Source: a virus. Taken from it: a stretch of DNA of 64,000 nucleotides. This document shows positions 1-9,635 of the stretch, piece after piece (positions within the stretch are counted from its first letter, which is position 1; the number at the start of each line of letters is the position of its first letter). Under the pieces are notes generated by a model. It searched no databases. It saw only the letters and a program-made list of their open reading frames with translations, and was not told where the DNA came from. The stretch is taken from positions 1 to 64,000 of IMG/VR virus record IMGVR_UViG_3300017971_000275; one strand, 5' to 3'. Made by a program: the position numbers and the translations under genes.

Positions 1-88
1 GTTCCAGCAAAGCGCTATCGTCTGCAGGTCCTGGGCCATGCTTTAGTCTTCGAGCAAAAGGGAGAAGGGAAACTCCTAGAGGAAAAAG

Positions 89-622
89 ATGCCCTCCCAG
101 AAGAAATATAAAAGCTTTTTTGACATACCGTCTTTTACGCCATGGAGCGGTTACCTGGTTGATGTTTCGTGGGGGCATTTCCTGAAACACCTGGACCGTT
201 ACATTACCGAACACGAGGCGCAGCTGGATCCGGACTTTCAGAGAGCGCATGTTTGGACAGAGAAGCAGCAGATCGCTTACGTGGAATTCTGCCTGCGCGC
301 GGGACAGTCTGGCAATATTCTTCACTGGAATTGCCCAGGATGGATGGGAGACTTTCGCGGCCCAATGGTGCTGGTCGATGGGAAGCAGCGGGTGCAAGCC
401 ATCACCAGGTTTCTGACCGATGAGATCCCTGCATTTGGCCAGCTACGCTCAGAATACAAGGGGAACTTGATACACATTGCCACCAAGTTCCACGTCAACA
501 AGCTGGCCACCAGAGTGCAGGTTCTTCAGTGGTACCTGGAACTCAACGATGGGGGTGTCGTGCACACCAAGGATGAGCTCAATAAGGTGCGCAAACTGCT
601 AGAGCAGGAGAAAGGGAAGTAG
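89..622 (+). CDS. DUF262 (ParB-like/GmrS-type) domain protein, stand-alone
   Basis: Motifs LDPDFQRAHVW and LVDGKQR match the DUF262 (FQR..W, DGxQR) signature; GAGG RBS upstream. Confidence 0.8.
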   Translation: MPSQKKYKSFFDIPSFTPWSGYLVDVSWGHFLKHLDRYITEHEAQLDPDFQRAHVWTEKQQIAYVEFCLRAGQSGNILHWNCPGWMGDFRGPMVLVDGKQRVQAITRFLTDEIPAFGQLRSEYKGNLIHIATKFHVNKLATRVQVLQWYLELNDGGVVHTKDELNKVRKLLEQEKGK

Positions 623-624
623 GC

Positions 625-1239
625 ATGGAGTACCACCAGTTCAAGTGTCCCTACTGCGGCAGGGAATTTAGCTGGGGAACTCTCCAAGAAGTTCTCCATT
701 CCTCCGTTACCCGAAGCAATGGGTATGGGCATTACTGCCTGCTGTGTGGTTACGACGACAGAAAACGAAAACACAGTAAAGGCCCCATCGAAAATCGTTG
801 GAGTGAGGATGAGCAGAGACGTGTAGAGAATGAAGGCGCCTACGCGCTATTCCGTAACGACCTCAAAGTCATGGATCTGTGGATACAAAAGCACAAGGCG
901 TACAAAGCCACCAATGCAAACACCCTACGTCGCCTAGACTACGAAGGGTGGTCGTTCCCAGATGCCGATCCTGTCTGCGATGGGACAGGACACTTTACGC
1001 CGCTACTTGTCACCAAGGATCAGGCTCTACGGGAAGCCGTGCGTCGTAATTCATTGGTTGCCGACAAGCTTATGGGCGCGGCAAAAGAGCTCCTTCAAGC
1101 GGCAGAGACTGTGGCGCCTGTGTTGTCCGATCATGTACAAGAATGGATCAAGATCCGGCAGATAGCAAAATGGGCAAACGAAACCAGCCATGGAGAGGCC
1201 GCTGCTGAAGTGCTTAAGATTCTGGATAAGAAAGTATGA
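625..1239 (+). CDS. hypothetical protein with N-terminal zinc ribbon
   Basis: CPYC...CLLC; tightly coupled to neighbouring genes. Confidence 0.7.
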   Translation: MEYHQFKCPYCGREFSWGTLQEVLHSSVTRSNGYGHYCLLCGYDDRKRKHSKGPIENRWSEDEQRRVENEGAYALFRNDLKVMDLWIQKHKAYKATNANTLRRLDYEGWSFPDADPVCDGTGHFTPLLVTKDQALREAVRRNSLVADKLMGAAKELLQAAETVAPVLSDHVQEWIKIRQIAKWANETSHGEAAAEVLKILDKKV

Positions 1240-1514
1240 GGGAGCTGCTACGCATAGCGAAAAGTTGGGATGCACTCTCCAATAAAATGGAGAAGTGCCC
1301 AACATGTGGCCTGCAGTTTCTTCTGGTTAAGGACCACGAACTTGATCTGGAAGTCGTCCCTTCCAATGAGAAACGCGTCTTCTTGATTTTTAGGGATCCT
1401 ACTGGAGCTCTGCATGCGCATTATGTGCCCTACTCGCAAGGAGAGCGCGAAGAGATTCCAGACAGCTATGGTTTTGTTGGACACGATTGCTTTTTTGAAA
1501 GAGAACACACATGA
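1236..1514 (+). CDS. hypothetical protein (CxxC)
   Basis: ATGA overlaps with the flanking genes. Confidence 0.6.
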   Translation: MRELLRIAKSWDALSNKMEKCPTCGLQFLLVKDHELDLEVVPSNEKRVFLIFRDPTGALHAHYVPYSQGEREEIPDSYGFVGHDCFFEREHT

Positions 1515-1702
1515 AATACGGAATCAAAACACTCGGACACACAGCCGAACTTCATCTCGGGAAGAGAGAGTTGGTACCGGTCGCCTGCCCCAAGTGTGGA
1601 AAAGTAGTCAAAGTCTACAAACCTGTTATTGAGCTGCCACTTGTCTGTGTTGAGTGCAAGCACTTCTACACTAGAAAGCCCGAAGAGTCAGAAGATACCT
1701 AG
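1511..1702 (+). CDS. small zinc-ribbon protein
   Basis: CPKC-x14-CVEC; ATGA overlap. Confidence 0.65.
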   Translation: MKYGIKTLGHTAELHLGKRELVPVACPKCGKVVKVYKPVIELPLVCVECKHFYTRKPEESEDT

Positions 1703-1714
1703 GGGGTTGGATTC

Positions 1715-2191
1715 ATGTCGACTAAGCCACTCAAGATGCGCCTGGTGATCAACGAGCGTGACTCTGGGCTGCTCGCTTACCTGACGGAGTACGGCATCGA
1801 GCACCTCCGAGATAAAGAGATCGGTGTTGAGGTAACTATTCCACCCGAGCTCCAAAAACACATCTCACCCAACGAGCTGATGCTTCACGTGGAGCAGATG
1901 ATACGGCGCCACATGGTAAATGCCATGCAGATGGAGGCCAACAAGCACATGACCTACACACACACATCGCTGCCATCTACGATCCCTGGCCCTTATCTTG
2001 GAAGCCTGGGGAGTGGCCAGAAGATAAGGAGGAAGAATGAAAATCTGGATCGGGCTACCATTGCCCACAGTATATGGGGATGCCGCCAGTCCTGGTATCA
2101 GTGCACAAGTCACCAAGCCTACAGGAGAGCTCACCGAAAGCCCTACAGGGCTAATAGACGTAGCTCGGGGGAAATGCTGGGCCCAGGTTGA
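1715..2191 (+). CDS. hypothetical protein
   Basis: ORF after a GGGGG RBS; 3' end overlaps the next ORF by 155 nt. Confidence 0.5.
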   Translation: MSTKPLKMRLVINERDSGLLAYLTEYGIEHLRDKEIGVEVTIPPELQKHISPNELMLHVEQMIRRHMVNAMQMEANKHMTYTHTSLPSTIPGPYLGSLGSGQKIRRKNENLDRATIAHSIWGCRQSWYQCTSHQAYRRAHRKPYRANRRSSGEMLGPG

Positions 2192-2465
2192 GCTCGAAGG
2201 AATCGACGAGCGTCTGGGCAAAGGGGCTGCGTACGAGGACCGCCGCAAGTTCACCAAGGGCCACACCGCAAGCCGGCCCCCTCTTTCTAGGGGTCTTAGT
2301 GCACGGCGCTCTGCTTCTTCTGTATGGGAGAGTACTATTTGGGTCTGCTGCCCGAATTGCAAACGCGGAGTGGAGGTCGTGAAGGAGGTTATGGACAAGA
2401 AGCTTGTGTGCGGAAACTGCAAGCATTTCTTCTCAGTAGATGAGAACTGCTGGGTAAAAAAGTAA
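2037..2465 (+). CDS. hypothetical protein with C-terminal zinc ribbon
   Basis: AGGAGG RBS; CPNC...CGNCKHF. Confidence 0.65.
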   Translation: MKIWIGLPLPTVYGDAASPGISAQVTKPTGELTESPTGLIDVARGKCWAQVELEGIDERLGKGAAYEDRRKFTKGHTASRPPLSRGLSARRSASSVWESTIWVCCPNCKRGVEVVKEVMDKKLVCGNCKHFFSVDENCWVKK

Positions 2466-2547
2466 GGTACATCATATAAAAATAGGAAGAAGTGAACCTC
2501 GTTCACGTATTACCGCATGCCCTGATATTCCAGCAAGGAGGCACCCC

Positions 2548-3339
2548 ATGAAATTGACATTCCTCGGCACAGGACATGCCACCACCATCAAAAATTTCCA
2601 CACCAACATGCTGATGGAGTTTGCCGATGGCTATCGGATGCTCATCGACTGTGGTGGCGATATGCGCCGCGCACTACACGCAGCCGATTTCACACACCTC
2701 GACATCAACGCGGTGTACATCAGCCATCTACATGCTGACCATGTTGGTGGTATGGAGGACCTAGCCTTCCAAACGTACTTCGACCCTCGCTACCACGGTA
2801 AACCCGTGCTGTATGTCAGTGAGGCGCTCCAAGATGACATGTGGGGCCGCTCCCTAAGCGCGGGCTTGGGGTCACTCCAAGGGCAGCGCTGTACCCTAGA
2901 CACGTACTTCGACGTGCGGCCCATCACGAAGAATGAGAGCTTCATCGTACACGGCATTAAATTCCGCCCAGTCCAGACTATCCACTACGTCGACGGCTAC
3001 ACCTTCGCCCTCTCCTTCGGGCTGTTTTTTGAGGTGGGTGGTGAGCGCGTGTTCCTGACCACTGATACACAGTTCGCACCAAACCAAATCCAAGAGTTTT
3101 ACAGCCAGGCTACGATGATCGTACATGATGCCGAGTGCCTCCCATTCAAGAGTGGGGTACACGCCCACTTCGACGAGCTCACCACACTAGATCCAGAAAC
3201 CAAAGCGAAGATGTACCTGGCGCACTACCAGGATTTCGTGATCGATGATCCAGAGTGGAAAGCCAAAGCTGAGGCGGCCGGCTTCCGGGGGTTCATTCCG
3301 CAGGGAACAGTCTTCGAGTTTAATGAGGAGGATGTATGA
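2548..3339 (+). CDS. MBL-fold metallohydrolase (Apyc1/RNase Z-like phosphodiesterase)
   Basis: LTFLGTG, LIDCG, SHLHADH metal motif, HDAE, VHAH, LAHYQD; AAGGAGG RBS. Confidence 0.88.
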   Translation: MKLTFLGTGHATTIKNFHTNMLMEFADGYRMLIDCGGDMRRALHAADFTHLDINAVYISHLHADHVGGMEDLAFQTYFDPRYHGKPVLYVSEALQDDMWGRSLSAGLGSLQGQRCTLDTYFDVRPITKNESFIVHGIKFRPVQTIHYVDGYTFALSFGLFFEVGGERVFLTTDTQFAPNQIQEFYSQATMIVHDAECLPFKSGVHAHFDELTTLDPETKAKMYLAHYQDFVIDDPEWKAKAEAAGFRGFIPQGTVFEFNEEDV

Positions 3340-3956
3340 GGTACATGGTTTTTGATGTGGAGTCCATTGGGCTGTATGGCCCCCCGTTTGCTTTCGGGTA
3401 TGTTGTGGTAGATGGCAATGGAAAAGAACTGTCAAAGGGGTTTGAGTGCGTTTCCTCTCTGGACGCTCTGCTCTTAGCGCACGAGGAATGGGAAAAGCTC
3501 GGATTTCGTGTTGCGCTACAAGACCTCAAATGGGTGCGACGCCACGTGCTCCCAGCGTTACAAAAGGTGGATTTTCGGTCCTCCGACGCATTCGTGACAT
3601 CAGTGCGTTATAAATCTCAGTTAGAGAAGATTGTGCGCATGTTCGTGCTGTGCCAGAAAACTGAGTTCCGTAAGTTCGGGCACATGACGCTGGCAGCAGA
3701 TTGCCAGTACCCAGTGGAAGCGAACTTCCTGCGCACAGTGATGGCAGTAGAGCATAGCTACAACATGGACCGTAGCCCGTACCCAGTACATGAAGTGGCA
3801 ACCGCTCTTCATGCAGCCGGCATGGATCCCTTCAAAACCTACTCTCGCCTGAAAAACGAAAAGCCAGAGCACCACCCATTGATGGATGCTCGCCAAAGCG
3901 CACGGCTCTTCATCAAAGCTCTACGCAGCTGCCGAGCTAAAAGGTCACGGAAGTAA
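3336..3956 (+). CDS. DnaQ-like (DEDDh) 3'-5' exonuclease
   Basis: ExoI VFDVES and ExoIII HHPLMDA. Confidence 0.78.
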   Translation: MRYMVFDVESIGLYGPPFAFGYVVVDGNGKELSKGFECVSSLDALLLAHEEWEKLGFRVALQDLKWVRRHVLPALQKVDFRSSDAFVTSVRYKSQLEKIVRMFVLCQKTEFRKFGHMTLAADCQYPVEANFLRTVMAVEHSYNMDRSPYPVHEVATALHAAGMDPFKTYSRLKNEKPEHHPLMDARQSARLFIKALRSCRAKRSRK

Positions 3957-4225
3957 TGCGGACGCTGATCATAGTGGATGACATTCAACGAACCCTGAAG
4001 GTGCTGGAGACGCCTAGTGGAACCTTCATCCACATCATCTGCCCGAAGTGTAACGATCACAACCACGTCGAGTATTTTCATGTCGGGGAGGAATCCTGGA
4101 AAATCTTCTGCCGGCAATGCTGCCTTGAATCTCTGTTGGCGTTCGATCACCATTCTGCGAAGTACGTTTGGAGGCCATACCGAGAGTACGATGCAGAGGG
4201 TAAGCTAGTCCACCATCATCGATAG
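3956..4225 (+). CDS. zinc-ribbon protein
   Basis: CPKC...CRQC; TAATG coupling. Confidence 0.65.
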   Translation: MRTLIIVDDIQRTLKVLETPSGTFIHIICPKCNDHNHVEYFHVGEESWKIFCRQCCLESLLAFDHHSAKYVWRPYREYDAEGKLVHHHR

Positions 4226-4305
4226 CGCTTCTCCTTCAGATCCACAATTAAAACTGTAAAATAGGGGAGATGGATCAACCCACACAAGACAGGAGTGCAT
4301 AGATC

Positions 4306-5220
4306 ATGGAGACCTTATGGTACAGAGCAGGCAATCTGATGACTGGGCTGGCGGTGCAGCGCTTTCAAGAGCACGCTGAGGTAGTCATCGATGATCCCCA
4401 ATGGCTGGAAACGCATGGCACAAAAGCGGGGAATGACGGGTATTTCGGAAAGGATTCCGATAAGTTAGCCCGCTTGGTGCAAGATAAGCTGGGGCTGTAC
4501 GTTGATGGCGTGGTGGGGGAGAACACCTGGAAAGCTATTTACAAGCACCTCGACCTATCGGATCCCACAGAGCCAAAGGTCTACACCGCCGACAACGGTG
4601 TAAAAGTTATCGACGGCCGGGAGATCTGGACTCCCGTCAAGAAGTTTGGCGGAACCTACCGTCCCTGGACAGGCGACGACAAAAACAGGATCCGCGGAGT
4701 GATGCTCCACCAAACAGGCTGCTGGATGCCGGAAAAGGTTTCCACGTGGAAAACCATTAACGCGCACTGTGGTATTACCCGCGAGGGCACACTCATCCTG
4801 ATGTTCGATTTCTCGATGCTCATTTGGCACGGGAATGACCTCACGAGACCCACCATTGGGATCGAGGTCGGAGGTCTATTCGAGGGCCTAGAGGGGCACA
4901 GTAACACCGTGTGGCCAAAGGGCGCCAAGACCTACGAGTTCAATGAGGCGCAGCTCAAAGCTACTGATACCCTTTTCGACGTCATCAAAGCGGAATTCGA
5001 GAAGCACGGTGGAACGTGGGAAGTGGTCTATGCGCACCGGCAGAGCCATGACTGGCGTATGAGCGATCCAGGTGAAACCATCTGGAAGCAGGTAGGCATC
5101 CCGTGGATCAAAAAACTCGGTGCCACTGATGGTGGCAAGGACTTCTGTGTAGGATCCGGGCATCCCATTCCCGAGGAGTGGAATCCAGAGTACGTGGGAA
5201 ATAAATTCTGGGCTGGTTGA
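4306..5220 (+). CDS. endolysin: peptidoglycan-binding domain plus N-acetylmuramoyl-L-alanine amidase (Amidase_2)
   Basis: DGYFG and VDGVVGENTW PG-binding repeats; VMLHQT, NAH, IWHGN, IGIEV, YAHRQ, SDPG amidase motifs. Confidence 0.85.
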   Translation: METLWYRAGNLMTGLAVQRFQEHAEVVIDDPQWLETHGTKAGNDGYFGKDSDKLARLVQDKLGLYVDGVVGENTWKAIYKHLDLSDPTEPKVYTADNGVKVIDGREIWTPVKKFGGTYRPWTGDDKNRIRGVMLHQTGCWMPEKVSTWKTINAHCGITREGTLILMFDFSMLIWHGNDLTRPTIGIEVGGLFEGLEGHSNTVWPKGAKTYEFNEAQLKATDTLFDVIKAEFEKHGGTWEVVYAHRQSHDWRMSDPGETIWKQVGIPWIKKLGATDGGKDFCVGSGHPIPEEWNPEYVGNKFWAG

Positions 5221-5251
5221 TCTGCGCATTGATCGCAGGAGACGCACTAAT

Positions 5252-5518
5252 ATGGGAACGAACGGGAAGGTGCGCTACCGTGTTAGGATCAAACGACGTA
5301 AAGGTGCACCCCGCTTTGCGGAAACCACCGTGCCTATGACCAGCAAGCTCTCCTGCGATCGATGCGGAGGCGACCATAAAATCTGGGCTCTTGTAGTCAC
5401 GGAGACTGTAGAGGGAAAAGAAAAACGGTCCGCCACCGTCTGCCGGGCTTGTATAGCAAAGATGATCCGACAGGAACTTCTGATCCAGGATACCAAACCT
5501 TCTCCCGACGCTAACTAA
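5252..5518 (+). CDS. zinc-binding hypothetical protein
   Basis: CDRC...CRAC; AGGAG RBS. Confidence 0.65.
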   Translation: MGTNGKVRYRVRIKRRKGAPRFAETTVPMTSKLSCDRCGGDHKIWALVVTETVEGKEKRSATVCRACIAKMIRQELLIQDTKPSPDAN

Positions 5519-5520
5519 AC

Positions 5521-5550
5521 TTGACATAGTAGTAAGATGCAGATTATAGT
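5521..5550 (+). promoter_or_regulatory. sigma70-like promoter
   Basis: TTGACA-N18-TATAGT. Confidence 0.45.
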
Positions 5551-5650
5551 AGTGTTGTTGACCTTGCTGGTCATTCTTATTGTGATTGCTCCCATCGTAC
5601 TCGTGATGGTGAGTTACGACGGAAGCGAAGAAGACCACGACGAGCTCTAA
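5537..5650 (+). CDS. 37-aa single-pass membrane peptide (below the ORF-track cutoff)
   Basis: MQIIVVLLTLLVILIVIAPIVLVMVSYDGSEEDHDEL*; stop lies 2 nt before the next ATG. Confidence 0.5.
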   Translation: MQIIVVLLTLLVILIVIAPIVLVMVSYDGSEEDHDEL

Positions 5651-5652
5651 TC

Positions 5653-6489
5653 ATGATTACTAAACTGCAAGTGACTGGGCCCAAACACACGCCGGTGGAA
5701 TGGTGGGACAAAGTCTTCCCCAAGAAAAAGACCTGGACATTTAAAGAGGGCGTCAACATTTTATGGGGACCCAACGGTTCAGGTAAAACGACTATCCTCA
5801 AACTCCTTGCCAGGATGATGCACTGCGACCAAGGCGGCATTTCTACGGTCACACATACATCAGTGGGCGTACTGGCTGGGAAACATAAATGGTCGGATGC
5901 AAAACCTAAACTTGGGGTAAAAGTGGAGCATGACGGAAAACCAGTAGTCTTCTACGATCCTCACGCACAAGTAGGGTTGGATTGCGGAGGCAGCGCGTTT
6001 GACTGGGACTTCGGTATGGAAGGCATCCAGAATGCGATGATGAAGGGATCCTCCGGCGAGCTTGCTATGGCTCGGTTCAACTCAGTCATGCAGAGGATCG
6101 GGGAAGAAATAGAAGTAAAGGTCCCTACAAAGAATCCGGATGACTGGACCAAGCTTGCGCTGGGTGCGCTCCAGCCTGCTATCGAGGAAGGGCAACGCAC
6201 CATTTTAATGGATGAGCCCGACGCCAATTTGGATTGGCGGATAAAATTGATGATGTGGGACTGGATTAGCGGTCTGCGCAGAAAAGAAGGGGCTGCTCCT
6301 GTCCAATTCATTATTGCGACGCACTCTCCGATGGCACTAAGGGTGAAGAACGCGCACTACATCGAAATGAAAAAGGGCTACAAAAGTATGGCTATCGGGG
6401 TGCTGAAGATAGCGGGACTGTGGACTGATGAACACGAGAATTCCGAAGTCAAAAAAGAAAAAGAAGAAAGCAAGTCAACGCAAAAGTAA
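5653..6489 (+). CDS. ABC-superfamily ATPase (AAA_21-like)
   Basis: Walker A GPNGSGKT, signature SSGE, Walker B LMDEPD, H-loop ATHS. Confidence 0.85.
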   Translation: MITKLQVTGPKHTPVEWWDKVFPKKKTWTFKEGVNILWGPNGSGKTTILKLLARMMHCDQGGISTVTHTSVGVLAGKHKWSDAKPKLGVKVEHDGKPVVFYDPHAQVGLDCGGSAFDWDFGMEGIQNAMMKGSSGELAMARFNSVMQRIGEEIEVKVPTKNPDDWTKLALGALQPAIEEGQRTILMDEPDANLDWRIKLMMWDWISGLRRKEGAAPVQFIIATHSPMALRVKNAHYIEMKKGYKSMAIGVLKIAGLWTDEHENSEVKKEKEESKSTQK

Positions 6490-6654
6490 GGAGGTCATGT
6501 GCCCTAGTTGCATGGTGGTCCTTGACTTTCCTGAAACAGTGGTGGTGGTAGAATGCCCCAGTTGTGGCACAGTGTTCCACTGCTAGGCAAAACTGTAAAT
6601 ATATTACTGTATGGCGGAGAAAGCTCACCCATAAAAACCGATAAGGAGAAAATC

Positions 6655-6888
6655 ATGAAGGCGCTATTGGCAACCCTGGCGGCTGTAGGCATGTTGGCCG
6701 CGTGCAATCCCTGCAAGCCTGGGGAATCTCGTTGCAATGGATCGGTGGTGGAAATCTGCCGTCCAGACAAAAAATGGAGTAAGGTCCAGGACTGCTCCAA
6801 GCTCAAGCGCACCGGCGGCAAAGAATTCAAGTGTTGCTGTCGCGAAAAGTCCGACAAAACCAAGTGCTCCTGCAGCGCTGTGAAGTAA
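6655..6888 (+). CDS. Cys-rich lipoprotein
   Basis: AAGGAG RBS, signal peptide with lipobox LAAC, many further Cys. Confidence 0.75.
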   Translation: MKALLATLAAVGMLAACNPCKPGESRCNGSVVEICRPDKKWSKVQDCSKLKRTGGKEFKCCCREKSDKTKCSCSAVK

Positions 6889-6901
6889 AGGGGGTTACAC
6901 A

Positions 6902-7504
6902 ATGTCGACGCAAATCACCCCTGAGCTCGTCAAGGAATTCTGGAAAGACGCTCTGAAAGAATTCGGTGCCAAGTCCGTGGACAAAAACGATAGCGGTTTC
7001 ATGAAAAGCATTGGCTGGTTCTTGGACGCTATCAACGTGCTGGACAAGGACGATTTCCTCGAAAACTTCACGACCACCATTTTCACCACCATCTACCGTC
7101 CGTTCGAGATCGGAAACGAAGACGACGGTTGGGATCTGTGGCACCAGATCACTATCTGCGTTCACGAGCTAGTACACGTGATGCAGTACAAAGATGACCC
7201 CATTGGATTCACGTTTTCTTACGTGGCCAGCAAAAGCTCCAGGTCTGATTACGAAGCCAAGGCGTACGCTGCCGACATGGAGATGCACCACTGGCGCTAC
7301 GGTACCATCTACAACATCGAACGCCGGATGCAGTCGCTCAAGAGCTATGGCGTAGACCAAGAGCATATCGACTTCGCCATTCAAGTGCTGGAGAGCATTA
7401 GTGAGACTGTGCTGGAAGGCGCCACTATTAATGATGTAGCCGCGTGGGCCATGGACTGGCTCGAAGCGAAGGGGGTAGAAGGGGTAGGATCGGTTAACCA
7501 ATGA
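6902..7504 (+). CDS. putative zincin-type metallopeptidase
   Basis: HELVH (HExxH) plus a downstream EAKAY. Confidence 0.65.
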   Translation: MSTQITPELVKEFWKDALKEFGAKSVDKNDSGFMKSIGWFLDAINVLDKDDFLENFTTTIFTTIYRPFEIGNEDDGWDLWHQITICVHELVHVMQYKDDPIGFTFSYVASKSSRSDYEAKAYAADMEMHHWRYGTIYNIERRMQSLKSYGVDQEHIDFAIQVLESISETVLEGATINDVAAWAMDWLEAKGVEGVGSVNQ

Positions 7505-7830
7505 GCACGATATCCAGAGACCAGCCATTCTTTTGCCCGCACTGCTGCTTCTCAAAAGGGAGATTACGTGCGCTCGTTACGCTATTAGATTCCTACTACA
7601 AAAAGCCGGAGGACGGCAAGAGCTTAGAGCTTGCCAAAGGGCCTATTTGCCCCGATTGCGAGCAGGAGTGGAGAGGAGATGGTGCCATCGCACTCGAAGA
7701 ATTACTGGAAGCGCGGCTAAACATAGACGCCTGTGCCGACGCGTATAAAAATAGAGAAAGGCTTCGAGCGGATATAGAGCGCGTGCGCGACCGACGTCGG
7801 CTTCGGGAAAAACGTGAACGCAAAAAATGA
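7501..7830 (+). CDS. zinc-binding hypothetical protein
   Basis: CPHC...CPDC; ATGA overlap. Confidence 0.6.
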   Translation: MSTISRDQPFFCPHCCFSKGRLRALVTLLDSYYKKPEDGKSLELAKGPICPDCEQEWRGDGAIALEELLEARLNIDACADAYKNRERLRADIERVRDRRRLREKRERKK

Positions 7831-7918
7831 CCACGGATACCTCCCAACCTTGACAACGCAACAGGGCCGGTATTATACTAGCGGGGACAAAAAGAACAGA
7901 AACAGGAGATCTAAATCC

Positions 7919-9073
7919 ATGACTACTGAAGACAGCAAAACCATCAATTGGTTCGACCTCAGAACTCTCGCCGACCGCAAAACTGATGTTCGTGCGATCT
8001 GTGGGCGCCTCCTCCGCGTGTGGGGATACAACCTGGAAAAACGGAAGCCGGGGGTAGCATACGTCGATGCCGACGGCCACCCAGTCACAGACATGGACTT
8101 GGCTGTGTTCCTCTCTGGTCTCGTCGAGAATCGCATCGTCGGCAACCTTCCAGAGTATCAGGGTATGCGGGCCGCACAAAAACGCGAGGGCGAGTGGATC
8201 ACTTCCAAAAGCAATCGGCATGGTAGGCTTTGCGGCTTGTGGTCCAATGCTGCAGTCTCTTCGATGGGTGTCCGAGTCGAGGACTTGAACGTCATCCAAG
8301 CAAAAGAGAATGGGGAGACCGACGTCGGCGCACATCGTAACTTTGCGCTGCAAGACATCGATGGTAGCTGGCATGATGGATGGAACGCTGGGCTGGAGAT
8401 TCTTCCAACGGGGCTTCCGAACGAGGTATTCCAGAGCCTCAGCAAGGCCAGCCGTACCCTCAAGTTCCAATACTTCGTGCATCCTTCGCGGTGGCCGTCT
8501 CTCTACGGCAAGTACTACGTGGTGGCGAAGGCGGCTATCTTGCGGCTGCAGGATGAGATCCGGGAGACGAAGAAGTACAACAAGATGCTTCGCGATCAAC
8601 TGGGCATCCCCCCGAAGGTATGGCCGAAGACTGCTAAGGTGGGCGCCGAGGAGAAGCGCAAGGTGTGGGCCTACGAGGTCCTGCTCGACGGCTTCGAGCT
8701 CCATGGGGGGTATGCCTTCCTGGAGCTAGAAAAGGCCACAGACGCGCACTACAAGGCCATGACGGCCTACCAGAGGCGCCTCAACGAGTTCCTGGAGCAG
8801 CTACGGTTCCTGACGCGGGCTACCGAGTACGCCTTCAGGATGCATGCTGTGAAGCCGAACATCTCAGATGGCGAGGCGCTTGATTGGCTCAAGGGTGATC
8901 TCAACAAGCAGCCGCGGCTCCCTGTGTGGATCACCAAAGAGGGCAAGCGCTGGCACACTGGCTACGTCGAGCCAGGAAAGCGTACATCTTGGGCTCGCAT
9001 GGAGATGAAGGAAGGTACAGCTCTTCGTTTCCGCATGTGGCTTAAGTCTGAGCGCGTAGCCTCCAACTTCTAA
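7919..9073 (+). CDS. hypothetical protein
   Basis: Long ORF; start placed at MTTED after an AGGAG RBS. Confidence 0.75.
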   Translation: MTTEDSKTINWFDLRTLADRKTDVRAICGRLLRVWGYNLEKRKPGVAYVDADGHPVTDMDLAVFLSGLVENRIVGNLPEYQGMRAAQKREGEWITSKSNRHGRLCGLWSNAAVSSMGVRVEDLNVIQAKENGETDVGAHRNFALQDIDGSWHDGWNAGLEILPTGLPNEVFQSLSKASRTLKFQYFVHPSRWPSLYGKYYVVAKAAILRLQDEIRETKKYNKMLRDQLGIPPKVWPKTAKVGAEEKRKVWAYEVLLDGFELHGGYAFLELEKATDAHYKAMTAYQRRLNEFLEQLRFLTRATEYAFRMHAVKPNISDGEALDWLKGDLNKQPRLPVWITKEGKRWHTGYVEPGKRTSWARMEMKEGTALRFRMWLKSERVASNF

Positions 9074-9077
9074 TGAC

Positions 9078-9114
9078 AGTGGTCATTGCAGACACACAAA
9101 CTGCAATGACTACT
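9078..9114 (+). terminator. stem-loop after gene end, possible terminator
   Basis: AGTGGTCATTGCAG-N9-CTGCAATGACTACT, 14-bp stem with one G-U; weak U tract. Confidence 0.5.
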
Positions 9115-9297
9115 TGTCTACACTTCTTGTATATACGAATGATAATCGTAGATCAAAAGTCTAGATAACTTTAACAAATAGTTTGTGGCCACAACTGTAG
9201 CCACACTATAAACCAAGTGAATTCAAGCACATTCGTTTTTCTATCATTGAACATACTTAGATGTAACGTAATCATTACATGAACGAACTATGATCAT

Positions 9298-9633
9298 ATG
9301 GACAGACAAAAAGCCATAAAACGCTTAGCGCAGCTCAGAGAGCTCGTTGAACATCCAGCAACGGGCGAGGATGAGCGTGATACAGCACTCCGGCGAATTC
9401 AAGAGCTGAAGAAACTACACAAGCTTGGTAGCTATGAGCTAGGAGAGGATTGCTCTTTCATCAGAAGGCGCAAGCCACGAGAGCTACGTAGAGATCGAAC
9501 TGTTAAGTTTCGGCTGACTGTAGGCGAAAGCAAACGACTAGATGAATTGGCGTCTAGGCATAACATGAGTGTGTCAGAATACATACGCAGTAGGATTTTC
9601 GGACCTACCAACACGGAACTGATGGAAGGATAG
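9298..9633 (+). CDS. DUF2786-like N-terminus fused to a MobC-like ribbon-helix-helix DNA-binding domain
   Basis: KAIKRL..L..HPAT..E...A..RIQEL; RDRTVKFRLT..E..L..LA....SVSEYIR. Confidence 0.65.
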   Translation: MDRQKAIKRLAQLRELVEHPATGEDERDTALRRIQELKKLHKLGSYELGEDCSFIRRRKPRELRRDRTVKFRLTVGESKRLDELASRHNMSVSEYIRSRIFGPTNTELMEG

Positions 9634-9635
9634 AA

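Noticed and set aside
7643-8704. 353-aa minus-strand ORF (and similar long antisense ORFs such as 30133-30906)
   Set aside because: Shadow frames of codon-biased genes on the opposite strand, with no RBS or motifs.
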